Origin: Polyangiaceae bacterium
Lineage (GTDB): Bacteria; Myxococcota_A; Polyangia; Polyangiales; Polyangiaceae
Reading direction: 5' to 3'
Assembly (NCBI GenBank): GCA_044222475.1
Contig: JBGANF010000012.1
Coordinates: forward strand, 39,309 to 103,308
Length of the DNA: 64,000 nt
Shown: positions 1 to 10,401 of the stretch, piece by piece
How positions within the stretch are numbered: the stretch's first letter is position 1
How the letters are laid out: every line of letters starts with the position of its first letter
Notes under the pieces: model-generated
What the model was told of the DNA's origin: nothing
The model's input: the letters and a program-made list of their open reading frames with translations, nothing else
Database searches by the model: none
Made by a program: the position numbers and the translations under genes

Positions 1-204
1 ATCGTCTTTTCCATGCGAGCCAGGATGTGTTCCATCCTTGGAACGGGAACGCGATTCGATCTGAGCGACGAGGATCGCCCCGTCGGGACGCTCCGAGAAG
101 CTCGCGCGTGACTTCTTCGCTTGGTCTGTCTCGCTGCGATTCTCGTCTGGCAACGCTGATGCTCGAACGCAAGCAACCGATGTTTGCTGGGGCCGATTGG
201 AGGC

Positions 205-558
205 ATGACCGACGATGCTCACCTCGACTACGAGAATCTCGACGTGTACCGCCTCGCCATCGAGTTTCTTCGCCTCTCGATGCAGGTGACGGCGGCACTG
301 CCACGCGGCGAGAGTGAGCTTCGAAGTCAGCTCAAACGCGCCTCGATGTCCATTCCGCTGAACGTCGCAGAGGCGTCAGGGAAACCCACCGGCGCCGACA
401 GGGCGCGATACCACGCGATTGCTCGCGGCTCCGCAATGGAGTGTGGCGCCTTGCTCGATGTGTGCGCGATCGCTGGCTACGTCGCGCCTGCCGACGCGCA
501 GAAGGGCAAGCGTTTGATCGTCCGGATCGTGGCCATGCTGAGCAGGATGTGTCGCTGA
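205..558 (+). CDS. Four-helix bundle protein (23S rRNA IVS protein / Avd-like family)
   Basis: Motifs YENLDVYRLA, QLKRASMSIPLNVAEASG, ARGSAMEC; GGAGG RBS before ATG 205. Confidence 0.85.
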   Translation: MTDDAHLDYENLDVYRLAIEFLRLSMQVTAALPRGESELRSQLKRASMSIPLNVAEASGKPTGADRARYHAIARGSAMECGALLDVCAIAGYVAPADAQKGKRLIVRIVAMLSRMCR

Positions 559-560
559 AT

Positions 561-629
<69 letters not shown>

Positions 630-704
630 ACGTCGGCGCGCAGAGGCCTTCGGCAAACGCGTCGCGTACGGCGGCGAACGGAGGTGACGCGGTCCCGCCG
701 ACGA

Positions 705-1094
705 TCAGGCGAAGTAGCCCTTCACCTTGTCGTCGGTGAGGACCTTGAGCGACTTCGCGTGCTGGTAGACGGCGACCGACACGTAGCCGGCGTAGAGCAG
801 GTACGTGAGCGACCACTCGGTGAAGAAGGTGTAGAGGCCGCCCGCGATGCCGAGGACGCCGAGGATCACGCTGAGGCCACCGAGGACGACGAGCACCCAA
901 CGAGTGAGCGACGACTTGCGCAGGAGCAGCCGGCCGATCGCGAAGGTGAACACCCAGCTGACGAACACCGAGATGGCCGCGCCGATGGCGGAGAAGATCC
1001 CGATCCCGTTCATCAGGAACGTGGCCACCCCGGTGAAGACGGCGAAGCCGTACCAGGAGTTCGTGAGCTTCTCGAGCTTCTCTTTGGCGTCCAT
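705..1094 (-). CDS. Small membrane protein, unknown function
   Basis: 129 aa, about 4 hydrophobic segments, normal codon style. Confidence 0.75.
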   Translation of the reverse strand: MDAKEKLEKLTNSWYGFAVFTGVATFLMNGIGIFSAIGAAISVFVSWVFTFAIGRLLLRKSSLTRWVLVVLGGLSVILGVLGIAGGLYTFFTEWSLTYLLYAGYVSVAVYQHAKSLKVLTDDKVKGYFA

Positions 1095-1115
1095 CCGTAT
1101 GACCTACGGCCCAGC

Positions 1116-2015
1116 CTAGCGCACCCTTCCCTTCGCCGCGAACGCCGCGAGGACGAAGTCCCGAAAGGCTCGCACTTTCGGAGGGATGAAGCGGCCGCCT
1201 CGATGGAGCAGAAACAATGTGGCTCCGGAGATCTCGTGATCCTTCATCACTTGGACGAGCTCGCCCGAGGCGAGGTGGGGCTCGACCGAGACCTTCGGCA
1301 CGAAGCCGATGCCGGCGCCGGCGCGCGCGAGCTCGATGACGAAGTTCATGTCGGTCGCGACGATGGTCGGGGTCGCCGTGACCTTCGTCACCTTCCCGGT
1401 CTTCACGTGGCGTATCGGAAACTCCCGCACGCGTGACGGAAGGAACACCGTCCGATGGGATGCGAGGTCCTCGGGGGTGCGCGGCGCGCGGTGGCGCGCG
1501 AGGTACGCGGGTGACGCGATGATCGCGAGGTCCAGCGGGAGCACGCGATGCGCGATGAGCGCCGAGTCGGCGAGTTGCATCGCGACGCGGAGCGCGACGT
1601 CGATCCGATCGGCATCGAAGTCGAGTGACTGCTGGGTGACCACCATCTCGATGCGAACCGCGGGGTGCCGGTCGGCGAAGTCGACGATCACCGGCGCGAG
1701 CACGCCGTTGAACTCGGGGCCCGACGTGACCCGAAGAAGCCCGGAAGGAACGGCGCGCGCCTGGCGAGCAGCGTCGTTCGCGGCGCCGAGGAGCTCGAGG
1801 ACGTCCCCCACCCGTGCACGATAGGCCGCGCCGTCCTCGGTCGGCTCGACGCGGCGCGGTGTCCGCTCGAGGAGCGCCACGCCGAGCGATGCCTCGAGGC
1901 GCGTGATGCGACGGCTCACCGTCGCCTTGCTCTCTCGAAGCGCCTTGGCCGCCATCGTGATCGAGCGCAGATCCGCGACGAGGCAGAAGGCGCGGAGGTC
2001 CGTCACGTCTCCCAC
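1116..2015 (-). CDS. LysR-family transcriptional regulator
   Basis: HTH (SITMAAKAL..SKATVSRRITRLEASLGVALLERT) plus substrate-binding domain; ~300 codons from a GTG start (start approximate). Confidence 0.92.
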   Translation of the reverse strand: MGDVTDLRAFCLVADLRSITMAAKALRESKATVSRRITRLEASLGVALLERTPRRVEPTEDGAAYRARVGDVLELLGAANDAARQARAVPSGLLRVTSGPEFNGVLAPVIVDFADRHPAVRIEMVVTQQSLDFDADRIDVALRVAMQLADSALIAHRVLPLDLAIIASPAYLARHRAPRTPEDLASHRTVFLPSRVREFPIRHVKTGKVTKVTATPTIVATDMNFVIELARAGAGIGFVPKVSVEPHLASGELVQVMKDHEISGATLFLLHRGGRFIPPKVRAFRDFVLAAFAAKGRVR

Positions 2016-2017
2016 CA

Positions 2018-2078
2018 ACGTTGCCGATTCAGCAACGTGACGTTGTTTTTTGGATACTTGTTCCACTTTCAGCAACGT
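2018..2078. promoter_or_regulatory. Putative LysR operator (two T-N11-A boxes) in divergent promoter
   Basis: ACGTTGC-N7-GCAACGT inverted repeat at 2018-2038; TTCAGCAACGT occurs at 2028 and 2068; AT-rich spacer between LysR and DoxX. Confidence 0.6.
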
Positions 2079-2093
2079 ACCACATTGAGGCGC

Positions 2094-2528
2094 ATGAGCA
2101 CCGTCACCTCCCCCTCGTCCACCGCGCCGGTCCAAACCGGCAAAGCCCTCCACATCGGCCTCTGGATCGCCCAGGCCCTCCTCGCCCTCGGCTTCGGCAT
2201 GGCTGGCTTCATGAAGATCGGCACCCCGATCGACGAGCTCGCCAAGTCCCTGCCTTGGGTGACGAGCACCCCCGTGCCACTCGTACGGTTCATCGGGACA
2301 GCCGAGCTGCTCGGCGCGATCGGCCTGGTCCTCCCCGCGGCGACTCGGATCAAGCCCGGCCTCACCGCGCTCGCCGGCGCCGGCCTGGTGACGGTGATGC
2401 TGCTCGCCTCTGCGTTCCACCTCTCGCGCGGCGAAGCAGGCGCGCTGCCGGTGAACTTCGTCCTCGGTGGGCTCGCGGCGTTCGTGGCATGGGGTCGCTG
2501 GAAGCGCGCGCCGATCAGCCCGCGCTGA
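2094..2528 (+). CDS. DoxX-family membrane protein
   Basis: LWIAQALLALGFGMAGFMK, RFIGTAELLGAIGLVLP; divergent from LysR. Confidence 0.88.
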   Translation: MSTVTSPSSTAPVQTGKALHIGLWIAQALLALGFGMAGFMKIGTPIDELAKSLPWVTSTPVPLVRFIGTAELLGAIGLVLPAATRIKPGLTALAGAGLVTVMLLASAFHLSRGEAGALPVNFVLGGLAAFVAWGRWKRAPISPR

Positions 2529-2955
2529 CGGCGAGCCGAGCGAGCGCTTCGCGCATCGGCGGCGGGATCGACACGGACGTGCGCGTGCTTCGGTCGACGA
2601 AGACGTGGACGAACGTGCCGCTCGCCGCGGCGCTCGCGTCACCGTCGCGGAAGATGCCGATGCCCCAGGTAACGGATTTCTCGCCCAACCGATCGACGCG
2701 GATCCCCGCGCGGAGCGTGTCCGGATAGGCGAGCGGCGCGTGGTACTCGCACGAGGACGCGACGACGAGCGCGATGATCGGCGAGCGCTCGATGTCGAGG
2801 CCTCCCTCGCGGATCAGGTACAGGTTCGCCGCGCTGTCGAAGTAGCTGTAGTACGTGACGTTGTTGACGTGACCGTAGGCGTCGTTGTCCATCCAGCGCG
2901 TCGTGATCGGACAGAACCAGCGGTACGCGTCGGGCGCCGGGGAAGCGGTGGCCAT
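2515..2955 (-). CDS. Acyl-CoA thioesterase (4HBT/YbgC-like hotdog fold)
   Basis: TRWMDNDAYGHVNNVTYYSYFD motif. Confidence 0.9.
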   Translation of the reverse strand: MATASPAPDAYRWFCPITTRWMDNDAYGHVNNVTYYSYFDSAANLYLIREGGLDIERSPIIALVVASSCEYHAPLAYPDTLRAGIRVDRLGEKSVTWGIGIFRDGDASAAASGTFVHVFVDRSTRTSVSIPPPMREALARLAVSAG

Positions 2956-2964
2956 GGAGACTTC

Positions 2965-4281
2965 CTACCAGTAGCGAAGCGCGCCGCGGAAGAGCTCTTC
3001 GAGGACCGGACGCGACATCTCTCGAGGCGCGTTGGCCAGGAGCCGCTGCTGCGGGAGCGCGCGATCGGTGAGCGCTCCGACGTCGGCCGAGTCGTAGCCG
3101 ACCCCGGTGATGCCGTTCGGCATGCGTGTAGTCTGCATCCATCGGACGAGCTCGGTCGCGAGCACCTCGCCGGCGTCGCCGGGGTGATCCTCCCGCGCGC
3201 CGCGGATGTCGGCACCGAGAGCCGCGGCCGCGGCGAGGTGCCGATCCGGGCATGCGCTCGCGGTGTACCGAAACACCGACGGCGCGCTGACCACGACCGA
3301 CGTGCCGTGCGGGATCATCGGCTTGCCGGGCGGGTAGCCAGGCGGCTCGTAGCCCTTCACGAGACCGGCGACCGCGTAGGCCATCCCGTGCGGCGCGTGG
3401 ACGCCAGCGTTGCCGAACGCGATGCCCGCGAGCGTCGCCGCCCACATGACCTGCGAGCGAGCTTCGTCGTCCGTCGCGTCGGCGACGGCGCGCGCGAAAT
3501 GAGTCCCCAAGAGCCGCAGCGCCTCGAGGCAACCGATGTCGCTCCACGGGTTGGCTCCCTGACTCATCGGTCGCGCGAGGGGCGACGCCACGGCCGGTCG
3601 CGTCACGTACCGTCGCGCGGTGTACGACTCGAGCGCGTGACAGAGGACGTCCATCCCGCTCGCCGCGACCACCGGCGACGGCAACGAGCGCGTGAAGTCC
3701 GGATCGACGAGCGCCTCGCTCGGCCGGAGGAGCGGCGATGCGATCCCGGTCTTCAAGCGCTGCGCGACGAGATCGAAGATCGCGATGCCGGTCACCTCGC
3801 TGCCGGTGCCGGACGTCGTCGGGCATGCGATGTGGGGCGCGAGCCGGCCCGGCACCGGCCGACCTTCGCCGACCGGCGCGTTCACGTAGGCCAGGAAGTC
3901 GGCCGGGTGGGTCGCGTAGAGGTTCGCGGCCTTGCACGTGTCGATCACCGATCCGCCGCCGACCGACACGTACCCGTCGACCTTGGCCTCGCGGGCGAAG
4001 CGGGCGGCGGCCTCGAACGACGCGTCCGACGGCTCGATCCGCACCTCGGTGAAGAGGACCACGTCGAGGCCGCTCGAGGCTAGCGACGCACGCACGGCGG
4101 CCAGCTCGGGCAAGGCGCCGACCCGCGGATCGGTGAAGAGCGCGACCCGGGTCATCCCCAGCGCCTTCGCCCTCGGGCCGGCCTCGCGCGACGCGCCTCG
4201 ACCGAACGTGATCCGCGATGCGTCCACGGTGAACGCGTTCTCGCAGCCTGCTACCGCCGCGTAGTAGTGCGCGCACGACAT
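2965..4281 (-). CDS. Iron-containing alcohol dehydrogenase, hydroxyacid-oxoacid transhydrogenase-like
   Basis: [40 protein letters not shown] motifs. Confidence 0.9.
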   Translation of the reverse strand: MSCAHYYAAVAGCENAFTVDASRITFGRGASREAGPRAKALGMTRVALFTDPRVGALPELAAVRASLASSGLDVVLFTEVRIEPSDASFEAAARFAREAKVDGYVSVGGGSVIDTCKAANLYATHPADFLAYVNAPVGEGRPVPGRLAPHIACPTTSGTGSEVTGIAIFDLVAQRLKTGIASPLLRPSEALVDPDFTRSLPSPVVAASGMDVLCHALESYTARRYVTRPAVASPLARPMSQGANPWSDIGCLEALRLLGTHFARAVADATDDEARSQVMWAATLAGIAFGNAGVHAPHGMAYAVAGLVKGYEPPGYPPGKPMIPHGTSVVVSAPSVFRYTASACPDRHLAAAAALGADIRGAREDHPGDAGEVLATELVRWMQTTRMPNGITGVGYDSADVGALTDRALPQQRLLANAPREMSRPVLEELFRGALRYW

Positions 4282-4300
4282 GGCGGCTAGTCTACCGCGC

Positions 4301-4750
4301 ATGAGCGAAGATCACTCCGCGACCGTGAACTCCCTCCCCGATGGCTGGGTCAAGGCGACCGGCGTTCGCTTCGTCCGAGCGACCCCGACCGAGGTCACCG
4401 CCGAGCTCGACGTCGGCGAGCACCACAAGCAGGCGCTCGGGATGGTCCATGGCGGCGTGTTCTCAGGCCTGGTCGAGACAGTCACCTCGGTGGGCGCCGG
4501 CATCAACGCGATGATGGCGGGCAAGCTCAGCGTCGGGCTCGAGAACCACACGTCGTTCCTCCACGCCGTACGCAAGGGCACGATTCGGGCGACCGCGCGG
4601 CCGCTCGCCCGCGGAGGCCGCACGCAGGTGTGGGAAGCGAACGTCACCGACGATCGCGATCGCGTGGTCGCGACCGGTCGGGTCCGGTTTCTCGTGCTCG
4701 AGCCCGGGTCGTCGGTCGGAGGCGAGCCGGTGGCGCTGAAGGAGGGCTGA
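4301..4750 (+). CDS. PaaI-family thioesterase
   Basis: [23 protein letters not shown]. Confidence 0.88.
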   Translation: MSEDHSATVNSLPDGWVKATGVRFVRATPTEVTAELDVGEHHKQALGMVHGGVFSGLVETVTSVGAGINAMMAGKLSVGLENHTSFLHAVRKGTIRATARPLARGGRTQVWEANVTDDRDRVVATGRVRFLVLEPGSSVGGEPVALKEG

Positions 4751-4759
4751 GCCGCCCCG

Positions 4760-5149
4760 TCAGCGGGCGTGGGCGAAGAGAGCCTCGAAGTCGCGCAGGA
4801 ACTTCCCGTCGTCGGGTGTCTTCTCGAGCGCGCCGATGGCACCGCAGGCCCGAGCTCGACGGTCTCGCTCCTCCGCCGACGCGCTCGTGTGGATCACGAT
4901 CGGCGGTGGGTCGGAGAGCGCTCGCAGCAGACCGACCGTCGCCTTGTCTCCATCGAGCGTCGGCATCTCGAGATCCATCAGAACGACGTCGGGGCGGTGC
5001 TCGGCGACGGCCTGCGTGAGGTCCATCGCGGAGTCGAGCGTCACGACCCGAAAACCGGCGCCCTCGAGCCGCGTCCGAACCACCCGCTGGGCGACGACGC
5101 TGTCGTCGATGACGAGCACGGTTCCACGAGCGGACACTTCCACCGGCAC
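4760..5149 (-). CDS. Single-domain response regulator
   Basis: VLVIDDS, PDVVLMDLEMPTLDG, conserved Lys; start approximate. Confidence 0.85.
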   Translation of the reverse strand: MPVEVSARGTVLVIDDSVVAQRVVRTRLEGAGFRVVTLDSAMDLTQAVAEHRPDVVLMDLEMPTLDGDKATVGLLRALSDPPPIVIHTSASAEERDRRARACGAIGALEKTPDDGKFLRDFEALFAHAR

Positions 5150-5179
5150 GCAGCCAAGGTTATCTCCCTGAGTGGATCC

Positions 5180-5827
5180 ATGTCCACGAGTGACACGCCC
5201 CTCACGCGCACCATCGCGGCGATCGCCTCCGCGGAGTCGATGACGCCGGAGGACCGCGACCACGCGATCGAAGCAGCGCTCGGCATCGACCGACCTCCGG
5301 CCGACGCGGACATCCGACGACCACCGGGTGACGACCTCATCGGCCTCCACTCGAGCAGCGCCGACGCCATCCTGGGCGCGCTCCGCGAGGCGAAGGTGAC
5401 GCGGGGTGACACCTTCATCGATCTCGGCTCGGGCACCGGGAAAGCGGTCATGCTCGCCCGACTCCTCACCGGCGCGACCGCGCGAGGCATCGAGATCCAG
5501 CGCGACCTCGTCGAGCAGGCCTCCGCCGCCGCGACTCGAGCCGGGATCGACGTCTCGTTCACTCACGGCGACGCACGCGACGCCGCGATCGACGACGGCA
5601 CCGTCTTCTTCATGTACACGCCGTTCGTCGGCGCGGCGCTCCACGCGGTCCTCGCGCGCCTCGAGGCCGTCGCCCGACGACGGCCGATCGTGGTGTGCGC
5701 GCTCGGCTTCGAGCTCCACCGCGACGCACCCTGGCTCGTTCGTCGCGCGGTCGACTCGTTCTGGCTCGACGTCTACGACGGCGGTCCGCTCAGTTCGGCA
5801 GATCGACGAACGAGAACCCTCGGGTAG
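5180..5827 (+). CDS. Class I SAM-dependent methyltransferase (DOT1-like)
   Basis: FIDLGSGTGK, GIEI, HGDA, VFFMYTPF. Confidence 0.8.
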   Translation: MSTSDTPLTRTIAAIASAESMTPEDRDHAIEAALGIDRPPADADIRRPPGDDLIGLHSSSADAILGALREAKVTRGDTFIDLGSGTGKAVMLARLLTGATARGIEIQRDLVEQASAAATRAGIDVSFTHGDARDAAIDDGTVFFMYTPFVGAALHAVLARLEAVARRRPIVVCALGFELHRDAPWLVRRAVDSFWLDVYDGGPLSSADRRTRTLG

Positions 5828-6983
5828 GCCCCGACTCGACGCCGAGGACGAACCGGCGGTCCGTGCCCGGGACGACGGTGAACCCGCCCGGCTCCACCGT
5901 CTTGGGGTGGATCTCCTCGCACACTTCGCTCACGAGATCGCACGCCCAAGCGCCGGCTTGATAGACGACGATGCGCTTGCCGCCCGGGAGGAAGTGCCAG
6001 TAGCGAATGTCGGGCGAGCCGAGATCGAGCTCGCGCACCGTGCGCGTCGAGAAGTCGGCGACGGTCAGATCCTTGCCGCCGGGATACACGACCCTCGTCC
6101 CTTCGAGGCTGAACACCATGCCGAACACGTCGGCTCCGGCGGGGAGCGGGATCGGGTGTCCTTCGCCGGTGGTGACGCAGGCGGGCCGGGTGCCCTCGTA
6201 GAAGCAGACTTTGTCGCCAGTGGGGGCGAGCCGGATGCTCTGCATCGGTTCGTCCCCGCTCGAGTGCACGATCGGCGTGATTCGACCGGTCACGCCGTCG
6301 ATTCGGTCGAGCGTCCGGTACGGAGTGCGCTCCAGGGTGACGCCGGCCCTGGATGGCGCGCCGACGACGAAGACGCGGCCGTCGTCCGATGCGTCGGCAC
6401 CGCCGCAACGCTCGTCGGAGACCGTGCGCTTCTGACCGGTCCTCGGTGACAGGACGACGAGGTGACACCCGTCCCAAAGTGGTACCGTATCGTCGTCGAC
6501 GAAGCGCGCGACGTGCACCGGCCGCGCGCTGGCGAGCTCGCGACCGTCGGGGACCGAGAGGACGGTCACGGTGCGCGTCTCGTCGTCGAGGATCAGCACC
6601 TCCTTGCCCGACGGCGAGAACCGCACGTCGTGGACCTCCTTCGTCGAGAACAGCACGCCCTTCGGGTTCGACGGAGACACGAGGAGCGCCCCGCTCCGCT
6701 TCGGCTCGATCACGTCGACGACGTACGTGACCCCGTCGGGGGCGACCGTGGCTCCGGCGGAGCTCGACACCGGGAACCGCGTCGTCTTCGCGTGACCGCG
6801 CGCGATCGTGAAGCGAATCGGTGGACCCGCGGTGAACGGGCGATCGTCGAACGCATGCGCTTCCACCGGAGCCGCCGCGTCCGCCGCGACGGGCACCGGG
6901 GCCGTCGGAACGGTGACCTCGTTCGCGCGGGCGCCTCCGCAAGCGGCGAAGACCGCGGCGAGGGCTACTTCGCGGACTCGCAC
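5790..6983 (-). CDS. Putative lipoprotein with TolB-like beta-propeller
   Basis: Lipobox-like FAAC; repeats FSPSGK, LAPTGDK, FSLEGTR, FLPGGKR; start approximate. Confidence 0.65.
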   Translation of the reverse strand: MRVREVALAAVFAACGGARANEVTVPTAPVPVAADAAAPVEAHAFDDRPFTAGPPIRFTIARGHAKTTRFPVSSSAGATVAPDGVTYVVDVIEPKRSGALLVSPSNPKGVLFSTKEVHDVRFSPSGKEVLILDDETRTVTVLSVPDGRELASARPVHVARFVDDDTVPLWDGCHLVVLSPRTGQKRTVSDERCGGADASDDGRVFVVGAPSRAGVTLERTPYRTLDRIDGVTGRITPIVHSSGDEPMQSIRLAPTGDKVCFYEGTRPACVTTGEGHPIPLPAGADVFGMVFSLEGTRVVYPGGKDLTVADFSTRTVRELDLGSPDIRYWHFLPGGKRIVVYQAGAWACDLVSEVCEEIHPKTVEPGGFTVVPGTDRRFVLGVESGPTRGFSFVDLPN

Positions 6984-7345
6984 GCGGTGGTGGAGCACGC
7001 GCCGCAGCTCACGCACGTCGCCGTGCAAGGGTCGAGGCAGTTCTTCTGGTCATTGTCGCACTGGTTGATGCAACCTTGGTTCGAGCACCCGGCGACGCAC
7101 GTGGTGTGGGTCGTGTTGCACGCCCCGTTGCACGCCGCCGCGGCGGAGAGACAGCTCGGGGGACATCCCGGCGCGTCCTTCGGAGCGTCCTTCGGTGCGT
7201 CCTTCGGTGCATCCGTGGGCGAGTCCGTCGGCGAGTCCGTCGGCGCGTCCGAGGTTCCACCGTCCCCATCGGCGACGACGTAGTCACCGACGCCGGTGAT
7301 GGCGTTGCACCCCGTGAGGGCGAGGACGAGCACGATCCAACGCAT
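6965..7345 (-). CDS. Small Cys-rich lipoprotein
   Basis: LALTGC lipobox, DAPK/DSPT linker repeats, Cx3C-rich C-terminus. Confidence 0.75.
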   Translation of the reverse strand: MRWIVLVLALTGCNAITGVGDYVVADGDGGTSDAPTDSPTDSPTDAPKDAPKDAPKDAPGCPPSCLSAAAACNGACNTTHTTCVAGCSNQGCINQCDNDQKNCLDPCTATCVSCGACSTTACESAK

Positions 7346-8262
7346 CAAAACCCCCCCTCGATCCCGACGGAAAGGAAGCCGACTCGCGGCGCAATCCACG
7401 CCGTCGTCGGAGGCTCGCGCTTCGAGAGGACGATGCCGACGATGCCGCCCACGACACCAACGCCGCCCACGATGAACGCGATCGTCGACACGGTGCCCAG
7501 CGTCTTCGACGTGTCGATCGTGTCGGCGGACGACGCCGGACATACCATGTTGGGACAATCGGTCTTGAGCTTGGAAGCGGTCACGAGTGCGCCGATCCCG
7601 GTCGCAGCGCCCGTGAGCAGACCGACCGCTCCGACGCCGAAGCCGATGAACACGAGCGGGTGAAGTTTGACCGCTGGCCGCATCGAGGGGTGCATCGGCA
7701 CGGTCACCGTGCCCGACTCTCCGTCGCGCAGATCGACCTCGGTGCGCCCCTCGGAGTCGTTGGTCCGAAGCTCCACGACGTGGTGTCCGGGATCGACGAC
7801 CCGCGGCACGGTCGCAGCGTCGCGTGGGATGGGCATCCCATCGATGACGAGCGAAGCGCCCTCGACCGGGGTGACGGCGAGCGTCGCCAACCGGGCTTTG
7901 GCGCCATCCGCCAGCTTCGTGGCTTCGTCGCGCGCTTCGTCGGCCTTGGCCGACTCGCCGGCGACCTTCGGCATGCGCGCGGCCTTCTGCAAAGTGTCGC
8001 GACCGTCGAGGATCTTCCCCAGCGCGAGCTGAGACCGGCCGACCTCGAGCGCGGTGATCGGCGTGGGCACGAGCGCGAACGCAGCCTTGAAGCGAACGAG
8101 CGCGCCCGCTTCGTCCCCCTTCTCGCGAAGAGCGATCCCTTCGAGGTACTGGGCCTTCGCGCTCTCGACGTCGGCGGGAGACGGATCGGCGAACGCTGGC
8201 GTGGAGACGGCGAGCACGACGGCGAGCGCGCACGCGCCCGCGAGCTCACTGGATGACCACAT
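7345..8262 (-). CDS. TPR/PEGA-domain membrane protein
   Basis: Signal peptide, TPR-like helices, VIDG..VDPGHHVVE PEGA motif, two TM segments, C-terminal F. Confidence 0.8.
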   Translation of the reverse strand: MWSSSELAGACALAVVLAVSTPAFADPSPADVESAKAQYLEGIALREKGDEAGALVRFKAAFALVPTPITALEVGRSQLALGKILDGRDTLQKAARMPKVAGESAKADEARDEATKLADGAKARLATLAVTPVEGASLVIDGMPIPRDAATVPRVVDPGHHVVELRTNDSEGRTEVDLRDGESGTVTVPMHPSMRPAVKLHPLVFIGFGVGAVGLLTGAATGIGALVTASKLKTDCPNMVCPASSADTIDTSKTLGTVSTIAFIVGGVGVVGGIVGIVLSKREPPTTAWIAPRVGFLSVGIEGGF

Positions 8263-9973
8263 CGCTCCCCTTCGGCTTGGCCGAACGCACTCCGGTCGCC
8301 GTCGGGCGGCCGGTCGGGCGGGTGGTGGCGGTGGGGCGCGGCGTCGCCGTCGGCCGTGCCGTCGGGCGGGTCGTCGCCGCCGTGGTCGACGGGTGGCTCG
8401 TCGCGCTCGGGGGAGGCGCAGTCCCCGTCGCCGAGGTTTCTGCGACCGTCGCGGCGGTCGTCGACGCGGGCGCGGTGGCGGTCGACGTTTGGCTCGTCAT
8501 CGGAGGGGTCACGCTAGCCGAAGCATCGCCCCCTGGCCGCCGAAACGCAAACGCGAGGAGAACGACCAGCAGCGCGACCCCCACGACGCCCGCGACCACC
8601 GGAACGAGGCGCTTGCGCCGCGCAGGTTCGACGGGGACCGAGTCGCCCGCCATGCCATCCGGCTCGACGGGGGCGACCGACTCGAACTTCGGTGCTGGCG
8701 TGAGACCGGAGACGGTCGCTCCCTGGGGTGGTGGCGTGACCGCGCCGTCGGTGACGACCGCGGCGGGCGGCGGCGTGGGGAGCGGAGGTGGCGCCGCGGA
8801 CTCGAGCGGCTCCGCTGGGTCGTCGAGCTCGTTCGGTGACGAGTCCGCCGGGAGGGCACCGGACCCGCCGGGCTTCGGCGGCGACACGATCGGGAGCGAC
8901 ACGTCGGAGATGGACTGCTGCGAGTCTTGGACCGCCCGCACCTGGGCGTCGCGTTCGAGGACGTCTTTGATGCTGTCGCGCTTGCCCGCGAGATCGATCG
9001 CGAGCTTCACGAGACGCTTCCGCTCGTCCATCCGCTCTTTCGTGTGCTTCGAGAGGAACGCCGCGATGTCTTCGGGCGTCGCGCGAATGCGCATCTGGAC
9101 CATCGCATCCTCGATGGCCGTCCGCAGCTCGGCCGCGGTGGAGAAGCGGTCCTTCGGCTCCCGCGCGAGCGCCTTGATGATGAGCGCCTCGACCTTGGGG
9201 TGGGGGGCGTTCGGCACCGACTTGATCGCCTCGCCGGTCAACAGCGCGTGGAGACGCGCCATGTCGGTGTCGCCGTCGTAGGGAGTGGACCCCACGAAGA
9301 GCTCGTACGCCATGACTCCGACGGCGAAGATGTCGGAGCGGCGGTCGATCGACTTGCCCATCGCCTGCTCGGGCGCCATGTAGCGGCTCTTGCCCTTGGT
9401 GTGGCCGGCACCGGTCTCGTCGCCGAGGCGATCTCGGGCCTTCGCGACGCCGAAGTCGATGAGCTTCACCGAGCCGTTGTTCGGCACGAGGATGTTCTGG
9501 GGCGACACGTCCCGATGGACGACCCCGAGGAGCTGACCGTCGGTGCCGCGAAGCTCGTGGGCTGCGTGCAGGCCGGCGCACGCGTCCGAGAGGATTCGGA
9601 GCGCGATCGCCGTCGTCATCTTCACTCCGCGCTTTGCGACCCCCCGTCGCAGCCGCGAGAGCGAGTCGCCGTCGACGTACTCCATGACGAGGTAGAGGCA
9701 GTCGCGCCACTCGCCGAGGTCGAGGATCTTGGCGACGTTCGGGTGATCGATCTCGCTGGCGATCCGCGCCTCGTCGAGGAACATCCGCTGAAAGCGATTC
9801 TCCAGCGCGTGCTCGGGGAGGATCGTCTTGATCGCGACGAGCTTCTCGAACCCGTGACGCCCCTTGAGGCGCCCGAGCCACACGTCGGCCATGCCCCCCC
9901 GTGCGATCGCACATAGCAGCTCGTACCTATCCAGTACGACGCCGGGCTCCAGCCCGACGGATGCGTCCGACAT
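8246..9973 (-). CDS. Membrane Ser/Thr protein kinase
   Basis: GGMADVW, VAIK, HRDVSPQN, DFG, YMAPEQ; TM segment and Pro/Thr-rich tail. Confidence 0.95.
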   Translation of the reverse strand: MSDASVGLEPGVVLDRYELLCAIARGGMADVWLGRLKGRHGFEKLVAIKTILPEHALENRFQRMFLDEARIASEIDHPNVAKILDLGEWRDCLYLVMEYVDGDSLSRLRRGVAKRGVKMTTAIALRILSDACAGLHAAHELRGTDGQLLGVVHRDVSPQNILVPNNGSVKLIDFGVAKARDRLGDETGAGHTKGKSRYMAPEQAMGKSIDRRSDIFAVGVMAYELFVGSTPYDGDTDMARLHALLTGEAIKSVPNAPHPKVEALIIKALAREPKDRFSTAAELRTAIEDAMVQMRIRATPEDIAAFLSKHTKERMDERKRLVKLAIDLAGKRDSIKDVLERDAQVRAVQDSQQSISDVSLPIVSPPKPGGSGALPADSSPNELDDPAEPLESAAPPPLPTPPPAAVVTDGAVTPPPQGATVSGLTPAPKFESVAPVEPDGMAGDSVPVEPARRKRLVPVVAGVVGVALLVVLLAFAFRRPGGDASASVTPPMTSQTSTATAPASTTAATVAETSATGTAPPPSATSHPSTTAATTRPTARPTATPRPTATTRPTGRPTATGVRSAKPKGSDVVIQ

Positions 9974-10044
9974 TCGCTGAGAATACTGGCATTTGGCTAC
10001 TCGAGCCAACCCTTACGCTGCAAACCGGTTTTTCCCTGGGTCCT

Positions 10045-10332
10045 TCAGATGGCCTCGTCCGGCCGAATCCAGACCACGCTCTCTTTGCGCACCACCAGGA
10101 AGGGGGCCGAGGTCAGCACTTCCCCTGAATTGCCGTAGATCGTGACCTCGGTCACGACGAAGAACGGCTCGTTGGGCAGGTTCAGCTCGTCGACGACCCG
10201 CCGGTCGGGCCGGAGGTGGGCAAAACCCTGAATGAGCCCGCCATGATCCGTCTGGATCAGGACCCACTGGACGTTCTTGGCGACTTTGTCGCTCGCGAGG
10301 CGAGGCGGCGGTTGGGGATACCGGTTCGACAT
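10045..10332 (-). CDS. Small hypothetical protein (DUF6812-like)
   Basis: IQGFAHL..RRVVDELN..PFFVVT..FLVVRKESVVWI pattern. Confidence 0.65.
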   Translation of the reverse strand: MSNRYPQPPPRLASDKVAKNVQWVLIQTDHGGLIQGFAHLRPDRRVVDELNLPNEPFFVVTEVTIYGNSGEVLTSAPFLVVRKESVVWIRPDEAI

Positions 10333-10401
10333 TTTTCTCCAGGACGCGCTCCAGAGCGCTTCAGGACGCGCAAAAAGCGCTATGGGCTCATACTATCCCG
10401 C